A stretch of 32,000 bases of DNA from positions 1,080,001 to 1,112,000 of the forward strand of contig NZ_CP006867.1 in NCBI RefSeq assembly GCF_001481685.1, given 5' to 3'. Below, piece by piece: positions 7,345-15,332 of the stretch. The notes below the pieces were generated by a model. That model was not told the origin of the DNA, ran no database searches, and was given only the letters and a program-made list of their open reading frames with translations. The number at the start of each line of letters is the position of its first letter. Position 1 is the stretch's first letter. This stretch comes from Ignicoccus islandicus DSM 13165. Lineage in GTDB: Archaea; Thermoproteota; Thermoprotei_A; Sulfolobales; Ignicoccaceae. The position numbers and the translations under genes were made by a program.

Positions 7345-8682
7345 ATGGAGGTAGTCGTAATAGGTGGCGGAGCGGCTGGAATGAGCGCGGCCTCTAGAGT
7401 TAAGAGAATTCGTAAAGATTGGACCGTTAGAGTGTTCGAGGCCTCTGGATACGTTTCTTACGCGCCTTGCGGCCTCCCCTACTTCATCGTAGGGAAAGTC
7501 AAGGAGCCTAACGACTTGACCTACTACCCAGTTGAAGTATTTAGAGAGAAGAGGGGCATCGACGTTCACGTTCACGCAAGGGTCATCGAAGTTGACCTCA
7601 AGAATAGGTCAGTTAAGGTAAAGGAAGAGGGCGAAATCAAGGAATATCATTGGGACAAACTCATCATTGCTACTGGCGCTAAACCGAAGGACTTAGGAGT
7701 GGAAGGAGAGAACCTTAGGGGAGTTATTAAGCTTCACACGGTCGAGAGCGGAATTAAGGCGAGAGAGGAACTGAAGGGAGCTAAGAAAGTGGTAGTGGTA
7801 GGAGCGGGCTTTACGGGATTGGAGACTGCCGGTGAACTAAAGGAAGCCGGTTTCGATGTCTATTTAATCGTTAGATCCCGAATATTGAGAAAAAGTTTGG
7901 ATCCGGAAATGAGCGAACTAGTTGAAGAGCACGTAAAGAAGAGCGGTATTAACGTAATCAAGGGTGTTACTGTAGAGAGAATTCTCGGTACCGACAGGGT
8001 AGAGGGCGTTGAGCTTAGCGACGGGACTAAGTTGGAAGCTCAAGCCGTGGTAGTGGCTGTCGGAATGGAACCTGCTAACCAATTAGCTAAGCAGATGGGA
8101 CTGGAGCTAGGGATCAATGGCGCGATCAGAGTAAACGAATACATGGAAACGAGCGAGCCCGACGTTTACGCTGCCGGTGACGTGGCTGAAAGCTGGATGG
8201 TCCATACGGGCAACAGGGTTTGGTGCCCGTTCGCGCCTCCAGCCAATAAGATGGGCTTGGTGGCCGGTCTATCTGCAGCGGGGAAGAAGGTTCCGTTTCC
8301 GGGTAGCTCTTGCACTGGCATAACCAAGGTAGTTGGGTTGGAAATAGGTAGGACCGGATTGAGCGAGGAGGAAGCGAAGGCCCTAGGGTTCGAGGTCACG
8401 GCCTCTATGGTTAAAGCTAGAACTCGGGCCCACTACTACCCCGGCTCCTCGTTCACTAACGTCAAGTTGGTTGCGGACGCCAAGAGCGGGATGGTCTTGG
8501 GCGTCCAAGTGGTTGGACCGGAAGGAGTAAAGGGTAGAGTCGATGCTGTTGCGTCGCTACTTACGAGAAAGGGTACTGTTAGGGACCTATTCTTCGCCGA
8601 TTTAGGATACGTGCCGCCTCTCGCCCCAGTATGGGATCCATTGGTCACGGCCGCAAGATTGCTCTACAACGAACTAAGGTGA
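7345..8682 (+). CDS. Pyridine nucleotide-disulfide oxidoreductase, single-Cys NADH oxidase / CoA-disulfide reductase family
   Basis: 445 aa. FAD motif VVIGGGAAGMSAA, redox Cys in SYAPCGLPYFI, NAD(P) motif VVVVGAGFTGLE, second FAD motif VYAAGDVA and a C-terminal dimerisation domain. Confidence 0.85.
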   Translation: MEVVVIGGGAAGMSAASRVKRIRKDWTVRVFEASGYVSYAPCGLPYFIVGKVKEPNDLTYYPVEVFREKRGIDVHVHARVIEVDLKNRSVKVKEEGEIKEYHWDKLIIATGAKPKDLGVEGENLRGVIKLHTVESGIKAREELKGAKKVVVVGAGFTGLETAGELKEAGFDVYLIVRSRILRKSLDPEMSELVEEHVKKSGINVIKGVTVERILGTDRVEGVELSDGTKLEAQAVVVAVGMEPANQLAKQMGLELGINGAIRVNEYMETSEPDVYAAGDVAESWMVHTGNRVWCPFAPPANKMGLVAGLSAAGKKVPFPGSSCTGITKVVGLEIGRTGLSEEEAKALGFEVTASMVKARTRAHYYPGSSFTNVKLVADAKSGMVLGVQVVGPEGVKGRVDAVASLLTRKGTVRDLFFADLGYVPPLAPVWDPLVTAARLLYNELR

Positions 8683-8737
8683 TTTTTGTAAGAACAATTT
8701 AGAAAGACCATTTTCACTCCACCTCTTGGGAGAATAT

Positions 8738-10690
8738 ATGAGAAGGCTTCTCCTAGTGACCTTAATCAGTGCGATGCTCCTCAGTTCCATGGAACTGAGG
8801 TTACTGTGGACGTTCGACAAACCGGGAAACGCTATAGAAGACATGGCGTTCTCGCCCAACGGTCTCCTCGGTATCGCTTCGTGGGACAACTGCGCCTACA
8901 TTGTTGACCAAAACGGTAATCTCTTAAATAAGAAATGCGGATGGGACGATATGAGAGACAGCGACTACTTGAACGGGGTGTTTGGTTTCGTAAATCAAGA
9001 CGACTACGTTTACCTCTTCTGGGAAGGCAAGGCCTCTTGGAAGGTAATAGATGTTGGATATAAACACAATAGGGCGATTGCCCTATACGACTACGGCTTC
9101 GTCGCTTGCAACAACTACTGCGCCAAATACGACTTCGATGGACACTTGATATGGGAGGTAGAGGTAGGCGGAGAAGTTGAGGAAGCGGTCGTCCATAGCG
9201 GCTACGTGTACCTAGCCAACAAGTACGGCGAGAAGCTTCAAGTACTCGACCTCAGTCTAGGTCAAATAGTTAAAGAGATAGAGTACGATGAAGCTCCTAG
9301 CGGGGTTAGCGTTTGCGGGAACTACTTGGCGGTAACAGCTAAAGAGCTATACCTTTATGATATTAGCGATCCAGCCGATCCGAAGTTATTGTGGAAGACC
9401 AAGGGATTGGAAATAGATAGCTATCAGCATTCGCCAGCTTTCTCGCCCGACTGCAAGTACATCGCTGTCGCTAACAGCAAAAAGGAACTCCGCATATACG
9501 ATGTAGAAGGCAATTGGGTCTATAGGAGACATTTACCGGGTATATGGTCAGTAGCTTGGTGGAGGGATAGGATATCTATAGGATATAAGGACGGTAAAGT
9601 AGAAACTTACCAAGTGATAGGATACGTTCAACGAGAAAGAAGCGCGCTAGTGAAGGCAATGGTAGTAGTAAGTAACCCCAACAGCTACGACCTCAAGGAC
9701 TACCAAGTAAGGGTGAGACTACCAGTAGACCTCAAGAACAAGCCAATAGCAATAACCTACAACGATTCCCCAGTTCCATTCTGTTACGAAACTACTAATT
9801 ACGAGTGCACAACAGACCCAACAAAGGGCAACGGTTACGTTTGGATAAAGGTTCCATTCATACCGACCAACGGAGAGACCTTCTTGAAGGTAATCGTTGG
9901 AACCAACGGAGCAGTTAGCGGAGATAAGGTATTCGACTTCTACGACGACTTCTCTTACCCCAACGGGCCCTTCGAGGGAAACGAAAAGTGGGAGGTTCAT
10001 CGATACTCTGATGATAGATCTAAGGAGTGCGTAATCGATAACGGCATACTGTGGTTAGTGGAAAAGAGCTGGAACAAGGGTTGCAACGTATTGGCCAAGA
10101 ACTTGCGAGTGAAGTACAACGATAAGGTAGTAATAGAGTTCGAGTTCAAAGTAGATTACGTTTGCGGAAACGTAAATGACGGCGATGGTCTGAGCTTGGT
10201 AATAGATGGAAAGGATACTGCTCCTGATAGAGGATGTAGTAGCGGTTTCCGCAATCAGAATCAAGGCATTAACGTAAACGTAAATACGGGCGAAGGAACT
10301 AGGGGTTCAGTTAGCGTAAGCAATACGCCGGAAGCATGCAGCATCGGTAGCGATGACCTAGTTTACATCGACGCGTCACCCAAGAAGTCCCAGCTGAGCG
10401 ATGGAATAGTTAAAGTCAGCTTGACTGGAAGCGAAGTTAGAGTTCGTTACGAGGACTTGAACCCAGATGGAGGTAGGATCTCCGGATCCATGACATATCC
10501 TATATGGAATCCCGGGGGATTGGGATACTTAATGTTAGGAGCGGGAACTAGCTGTTCGGAGTGCTCTAAGAGTGGGTGCAATAGCTTGGATTCAGCTCAC
10601 GGCGTGGATTGGATTAGGGTTAGGAAGTACGCCGATGATATGGTAGTGGGAATAGTGGTCCACTTAAGAAACTCAGATAGGCTTAGGTAG
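8738..10690 (+). CDS. Secreted beta-propeller + DUF2341 + concanavalin/LamG-like domain protein
   Basis: The track ORF starts at TTG 8726, but ATG 8738 gives a clean signal peptide MRRLLLVTLISAMLLSS. The N-terminal roughly 300 aa are paralogous to the 6319 gene. A DUF2341-like segment (YQVRVRLPV...GYVWIKVPFIPTNGETFLKVIVGTNG...VFDFYDDFS) is followed by a LamG-like jelly roll ending in VDWIRVRKY. Confidence 0.65.
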   Translation: MRRLLLVTLISAMLLSSMELRLLWTFDKPGNAIEDMAFSPNGLLGIASWDNCAYIVDQNGNLLNKKCGWDDMRDSDYLNGVFGFVNQDDYVYLFWEGKASWKVIDVGYKHNRAIALYDYGFVACNNYCAKYDFDGHLIWEVEVGGEVEEAVVHSGYVYLANKYGEKLQVLDLSLGQIVKEIEYDEAPSGVSVCGNYLAVTAKELYLYDISDPADPKLLWKTKGLEIDSYQHSPAFSPDCKYIAVANSKKELRIYDVEGNWVYRRHLPGIWSVAWWRDRISIGYKDGKVETYQVIGYVQRERSALVKAMVVVSNPNSYDLKDYQVRVRLPVDLKNKPIAITYNDSPVPFCYETTNYECTTDPTKGNGYVWIKVPFIPTNGETFLKVIVGTNGAVSGDKVFDFYDDFSYPNGPFEGNEKWEVHRYSDDRSKECVIDNGILWLVEKSWNKGCNVLAKNLRVKYNDKVVIEFEFKVDYVCGNVNDGDGLSLVIDGKDTAPDRGCSSGFRNQNQGINVNVNTGEGTRGSVSVSNTPEACSIGSDDLVYIDASPKKSQLSDGIVKVSLTGSEVRVRYEDLNPDGGRISGSMTYPIWNPGGLGYLMLGAGTSCSECSKSGCNSLDSAHGVDWIRVRKYADDMVVGIVVHLRNSDRLR

Positions 10691-10771
10691 GGTTCCTTCT
10701 CGGACCCAGCTGGGCCATCCGATCCTTCAGTTAAATCTCTCGAACCCTCTTGCTCCGCTGGGAACGCGAAA

Positions 10772-11467
10772 TTGGAGAGGCCCCTAGTAATAGGTCATAG
10801 GGGAGCTAGGTACGTAGTGAAGGAAAATACCCTACAAGCGTTCACTTACGCGCTCGAAAACGGCGCTGACGGCGTGGAGTGCGACGTTTGGAAAGCTAGA
10901 GATGGGAGCTTGGTGGTAACGCATAACAGGGAGATCGAGATAGGCAAGAGGAAATACGACGTCAAGTCATTGACCCTAAGGCAAATAAAGAGCATGAAGC
11001 CAACCGTTCCGACCTTGAAGGAGGTCCTTGCTTTGGTCGTTGGGAAATACAAAGCTAAGCTGTTCGTGGAGCTTAAGGATCCTTCCGCAACTGAGAAGCT
11101 AGACCAAACGCTTGAAGGGTGGGAGAACGTAACTGTAATATCGTTCTATGCCCCTGCATTAAGGGAACTGAAGTATCCGAGCAAGGGGTTGTTATTCGTA
11201 TTGAGACCGTTATCCCTCTCTAGCTTAGTTGAAGGCCTTAATATAGAATGGATTGCGCCTAGGAGAGACATGATCGACGAGAAATTGATGGACGAGGCAA
11301 AGGACTTGGGGTTGAAGGTGTTGAGTTGGCTTCATAATACACCCAAGGAAGTCAGAGAGGCATTGAAGCTTAAGGTAGATGCAATGGCTACTGATCGACC
11401 GGATTTGGCCGTCAAGTGGCTCAGGAGCTCTATTAAGAGTTTAGACCATTGGTTTCAATCGCAATAG
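10772..11467 (+). CDS. Glycerophosphodiester phosphodiesterase (GDPD family)
   Basis: 231 aa, TTG start. GDPD signature VIGHRGA...ENTLQAF..A...GADGVECDVW...DG..VVTHN. Confidence 0.8.
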   Translation: MERPLVIGHRGARYVVKENTLQAFTYALENGADGVECDVWKARDGSLVVTHNREIEIGKRKYDVKSLTLRQIKSMKPTVPTLKEVLALVVGKYKAKLFVELKDPSATEKLDQTLEGWENVTVISFYAPALRELKYPSKGLLFVLRPLSLSSLVEGLNIEWIAPRRDMIDEKLMDEAKDLGLKVLSWLHNTPKEVREALKLKVDAMATDRPDLAVKWLRSSIKSLDHWFQSQ

Positions 11468-11519
11468 TTGTCATCAGTAAATAGCTTCCCCGTCCGTGGA
11501 GACGCGTGGGAAGTAAGGA

Positions 11520-13376
11520 ATGTACTGGATCTCCAGAGCGAAAAGCGAGTTCGTAAAGAAAGTCGCTGAAGAACTGAGCGAAAGAGGTTTGAAAGTAGAT
11601 TTAAACGAGATAGAAAGATCTATCGCACCACCTCCATCGCCGGACTTGGGCGACTGGGGCATACCTCTATTTAAGTACTCAAAGGCATTGAAAGTGAAGC
11701 CCCACGACTTGGCCAAGGAACTGGCCGAGAGCGCGAGGCTCGAATGGGCCAAAAGGCTCTTGCCAGTAGGCGGTTACCTCAACGTAGAGGTGGACGTCAA
11801 TAAAGTCGCTAAGGAGATACTGGATGAGGCCGTTAAGGGCGACTACGGTAAGTGGAACTTTCAAGGAAGGAAGGTCGTTGAACACACTTCCGCCAACCCG
11901 GTCCACCCGCTTCACATAGGTCACGTTAGGAACATGTTCTTAGGAGATAGCCTTCAAAGGATACTGAGGAATTACGGGAACGCCGTTCAGACTAGGTTCT
12001 ACGTCAACGACGTGGGCAGGCAAGTAGTAATCCTCATTTACGGACTATTGAAGCTAGGCCGTCTCTTGCCCCCGGAAGGCGAGAAGGCCGATCATTGGTA
12101 CGGTAAGGTATATAGCGTCACTAACGCAGTAATAGAGCTCAAAGGCCCAGATAGGGACGAATGGATTGAGGTAGCTAGAGAGCTTAGGGAGAGGTATCCC
12201 GAAATATACACGAAAATAGAGGAAGAGCTCAAGGATAAGAGGTACGAGGAAATTAACGAGGAGCTTTCAACCCTTATGAAGAAGTACGAGGAAGGCGAAA
12301 GGGAGACTAAAGAAATCTTTAGGACTGTAGTGAACGAGGTCCTCAAAGGATTTATGGAAAGCATGAAGCTAGTGGGCGTTTCAGTTGAGAAGTGGGACTG
12401 GGAAAGCGATTTGATATGGAGCGGCGAAGTGAAAAGGATAATCGAAATGGCTATCGAAAAGGGAATAGCTAAAGAGAAGGATGGTGCCTTAGTAATAGAA
12501 TTCACTGACGTAGACGACGAAATTAGAAAGAAGCTGAGGATTCCCAAAGGATTGGAGATCCCGCCTCTAGTTCTAGTAAGAAGAGATGGGACGACTCTTT
12601 ACACTACCAGAGACATCGCCTATACTATTAAGAAATTTGAGGAGTTCAATGCTGATGAAGTGATAAATGTAATAGCAACCGAACAGAGACTACCTCAAAT
12701 ACAGCTCAGGCTCGCTCTCTGGAAGTTAGGATTTGAAAAGTACGCAGAGAACCTGATTCACTATGCATACGAGATGGTGAACGTCCCCGGAATGAAGATG
12801 AGCGGCAGGAGGGGCAGAATGATTACACTGGACTGGCTAGTGGAAGAGGCCATTAAGAGAGTGAGACCTCTAGTAGAGGAAAGGAGCGTACTGCAAGGTA
12901 AGGAAAAGGAAGAGATAGCTAAGAAAGTCGCCATAGGCGCAATAAAGTTCGCGATGGTCTCAGTTTCAAAGGATAAGCCCATAACCTTCAAATGGGAAGA
13001 TGTGCTGAACTTCGAAAGGAACTCGGCTCCTTACCTCCAGTATACTTACGCGAGGGCTAAGGGGATATTGAGGAAAATAGAGGCAATTTCCATCCCAGAT
13101 TATTCGAAAGCTGAGGCGCACAAGGAAGTGATTTTGAAGATCGCTGAGTTCCCAGAAGTAACTAGGAAGGCCGCAGAAGATCTCGCACCGGAGAAAATAG
13201 CCGTTTACTTGCTCGACTTGGCCGACTCCTTTAATAAGTTCTACCACGAACATCCCGTTGCAACGGAGCCCGACGAAGGATATAGGTCTTTGAAGGCTCT
13301 AATAGTAGAGGCTACTGCAAACGTCATTAAGAGGGGACTGAATCTCCTAGGCATCGAAGCACCGGGGAGGATGTGA
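11520..13376 (+). CDS. argS: Arginine--tRNA ligase
   Basis: 618 aa. Class I HIGH motif SANPVHPLHIGHVRN, MKMSGRRG (KMSKS-equivalent) and a C-terminal DALR-type anticodon-binding region. Confidence 0.95.
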   Translation: MYWISRAKSEFVKKVAEELSERGLKVDLNEIERSIAPPPSPDLGDWGIPLFKYSKALKVKPHDLAKELAESARLEWAKRLLPVGGYLNVEVDVNKVAKEILDEAVKGDYGKWNFQGRKVVEHTSANPVHPLHIGHVRNMFLGDSLQRILRNYGNAVQTRFYVNDVGRQVVILIYGLLKLGRLLPPEGEKADHWYGKVYSVTNAVIELKGPDRDEWIEVARELRERYPEIYTKIEEELKDKRYEEINEELSTLMKKYEEGERETKEIFRTVVNEVLKGFMESMKLVGVSVEKWDWESDLIWSGEVKRIIEMAIEKGIAKEKDGALVIEFTDVDDEIRKKLRIPKGLEIPPLVLVRRDGTTLYTTRDIAYTIKKFEEFNADEVINVIATEQRLPQIQLRLALWKLGFEKYAENLIHYAYEMVNVPGMKMSGRRGRMITLDWLVEEAIKRVRPLVEERSVLQGKEKEEIAKKVAIGAIKFAMVSVSKDKPITFKWEDVLNFERNSAPYLQYTYARAKGILRKIEAISIPDYSKAEAHKEVILKIAEFPEVTRKAAEDLAPEKIAVYLLDLADSFNKFYHEHPVATEPDEGYRSLKALIVEATANVIKRGLNLLGIEAPGRM

Positions 13377-14579
13377 ATGGACGTTGAGGACTTAGCGAGG
13401 TTCCTATTGAACAAAGGATTTAGCGAAGACGAAGTAAAGGCCCTCATAACTTTCCTGGCTACCTTTAGAAAAGGCTTGGATTTCCAACGCTCCTCGAGAA
13501 TAGCAGATGGAGTAATTAGGGACGTCGAAACGTCGTCTAGAGTTCTGGGACCTTACAAGCCTAGGGAATTCGGCGTAAGGGTTGGTGAGGCTGGAGTAGG
13601 CTCTCGAGGCACGGGCGATCTAGCGATCCACAGCGTGCTCCTTAAGCTCACGAAATCAGGGGACGCATTCAAGAAAGGGAATTTAGTAGCGGCAGTAGAC
13701 GGCTTCCACTCGCGATTGAATCCCGTGCCGTTACTTATGGGATTCCACGCAACGAGGGCGGCTTTAAGAGACGTAATGGTGGCTGGCGGAGAACCTCTCC
13801 TTACTTTAATAGATGTTCATTTGGCAGACGATACGGACTTGGCCTATTTAATAGACGTTAGCGTTGGAGCGAAAGTGGCTAGCGATGCATGTGGTGCAGA
13901 GTTCGGTGGAGGAAGTACGCTCAGGATAGGGGGCGACATGGTTTGGGGCTCACGGGTCACTGGAGGAAGCTTCGCCCTCGGAAGGCTAGTTAGGGACTTA
14001 AATAGGTTCAACGCACGTCCCGGTTTGAAGCTCTGCTCAACTATAGGTAAGGGAGGCGGTACAGTAACTGCCATTGCCTTGTATCACGGCATTGAAGAAC
14101 TAGTGGAGCTCACGCTAAACGTTGACTTCTGCTATCAAATGAGGCGATTCGTGAGGGACGAAAACGTCAAGGCAGCGTTCGATTGGACTAACGGAGGCAT
14201 TCTGTTGGATGCGTTTGAGATAAGCGAAGAGCTGGGAGTTAAGGTTAGCTTGAATAAGAAGGTTTACGATGCAGTCCATCCTAAATTGCGGAAAGCTCTT
14301 GAAGAGTTGGATTTAGACCCTCTTTCAACCAGTGTGGACGCAATTGTATTAATAGCTGAGAAGTGCCCCGAGGACACAATAGAGATAGGAACCATAGAGG
14401 AAGGTAGGGGCGTTTACTTGGAAGGCAAGGAGCTCGAACCCTCGTTTAGAGAGGCCCCATACACTCACCTCAAGAAGGCCGTCGAATCCATCTCGAAGAG
14501 AATAGATATTAATGATCTAGTTAATTACGAAATGGAGAGGTTGGAGTTCCTCAAGAACAAGGTCAGAAGCTCTTATTGA
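13377..14579 (+). CDS. AIR synthase-related (PurM/ThiL/HypE-superfamily) protein, function unknown
   Basis: 400 aa. The ATG immediately follows the argS TGA (ATG TGA ATG), with GGAGG upstream. Two-domain PurM-like layout (AAVDGFHS... GGEPLLTLIDVHLADD ... GGGTVTAIAL) with a roughly 60-aa N-terminal extension. Confidence 0.55.
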   Translation: MDVEDLARFLLNKGFSEDEVKALITFLATFRKGLDFQRSSRIADGVIRDVETSSRVLGPYKPREFGVRVGEAGVGSRGTGDLAIHSVLLKLTKSGDAFKKGNLVAAVDGFHSRLNPVPLLMGFHATRAALRDVMVAGGEPLLTLIDVHLADDTDLAYLIDVSVGAKVASDACGAEFGGGSTLRIGGDMVWGSRVTGGSFALGRLVRDLNRFNARPGLKLCSTIGKGGGTVTAIALYHGIEELVELTLNVDFCYQMRRFVRDENVKAAFDWTNGGILLDAFEISEELGVKVSLNKKVYDAVHPKLRKALEELDLDPLSTSVDAIVLIAEKCPEDTIEIGTIEEGRGVYLEGKELEPSFREAPYTHLKKAVESISKRIDINDLVNYEMERLEFLKNKVRSSY

Positions 14580-15267
14580 TCAAGACCTTCGCCGCGCTTT
14601 TCAATATCTCGCAACTGTCCCTATGGACGCAGTTATTGCAAGGCCTGGCATCGGGATTGTACACAATTTCCTTTATCATGCCTTCGCACTTGAACTGACT
14701 TACAATGTTCCTTAAGAACTCCTCATCGGCTTCGACCTTTTCCACCTTGACCTTTTCCGGTGTTATCATAACTATGTAGACTGGTACGTTAAGCGCGGCT
14801 GAGTAAATTTTGGTTTGGTACAAGCTCCGAATTCCTAGCTCGCCGCTACTCCTGTATTTTAATTCTATTGCGAACTTCTTGTTTGGACACTCAACGAACA
14901 TGTCCACGTGACCTACTACTTTGACCGTGTAAGGAGGACATGGAACGTTTACTTCTTTTTCTATTTCCTTCTCCGAAGTAATTACGCATCCGTCAACGAC
15001 CTTTCTATCATTTAAGCTCTCTAGCGCTATGTGAACCAATTGTCCCAAGAGCCACGAGACGCTGTTATTGTTACCGCTGAGCAAGTCCTTGATGAAACCC
15101 TTTAGGTCCTCCTCGTACGACTTCTTTTCCTCGAAGCGCGCACATCCCCTACTTAGTTTAGAAACGTGAACAACGTCTTCGCCATCGCTCAAGCTCTGGT
15201 CTTTGTCTTCTCTAGCTTTCTCGGTTACAGTTTTCAGTATTATCTCTAGTACGCTTTCATCGTTCAA
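14563..15267 (-). CDS. cas4: Cas4-family (DUF83/RecB-like) PD-(D/E)XK nuclease with predicted 4Fe-4S cluster, stand-alone
   Basis: 234 aa, TTG start. N-terminal Cys (HVSKLSRGCARF), GQLVHIALE, motif II GHVDMF, motif III AIELKY (ExK), QTKIY (QxxxY) and a C-terminal CNNCVHRDSC (CX2CX5C). Converges on the PurM-like gene with a 17-nt overlap. Confidence 0.8.
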   Translation of the reverse strand: MNDESVLEIILKTVTEKAREDKDQSLSDGEDVVHVSKLSRGCARFEEKKSYEEDLKGFIKDLLSGNNNSVSWLLGQLVHIALESLNDRKVVDGCVITSEKEIEKEVNVPCPPYTVKVVGHVDMFVECPNKKFAIELKYRSSGELGIRSLYQTKIYSAALNVPVYIVMITPEKVKVEKVEADEEFLRNIVSQFKCEGMIKEIVYNPDARPCNNCVHRDSCEILKSAAKVLINKSF

Positions 15268-15320
15268 AAGACTCGTCCCAATGTTCGGAGGAAGATGTGT
15301 TCATTAATGTGTTTTATCCG

Positions 15321-15326
15321 AAAAAA
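15321..15326 (-). terminator. Oligo-T (T6) tract just downstream of the coiled-coil gene
   Basis: A6 on the plus strand at 15321-15326, which is T6 on the minus strand, 6 nt after the TAA at 15333-15335. Archaeal terminators are typically T-runs. A CATTAATG TATA-like element follows, before the cas4-like start. Confidence 0.4.
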
Positions 15327-15332
15327 TTGAAC

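Noticed and set aside
8726-8737. TTG start for the beta-propeller/DUF2341 ORF
   Set aside because: ATG at 8738 yields a canonical signal peptide (MRRLLLVTLISAMLLSS), while the four extra codons add nothing. This remains uncertain without N-terminal data.
12092-12547. 151-aa minus-strand ORF, Ser/Ile/Leu-rich
   Set aside because: It lies entirely antisense within argS, which has unambiguous class I synthetase motifs. Its low-complexity composition is typical of antisense frames of Glu/Lys-rich genes.
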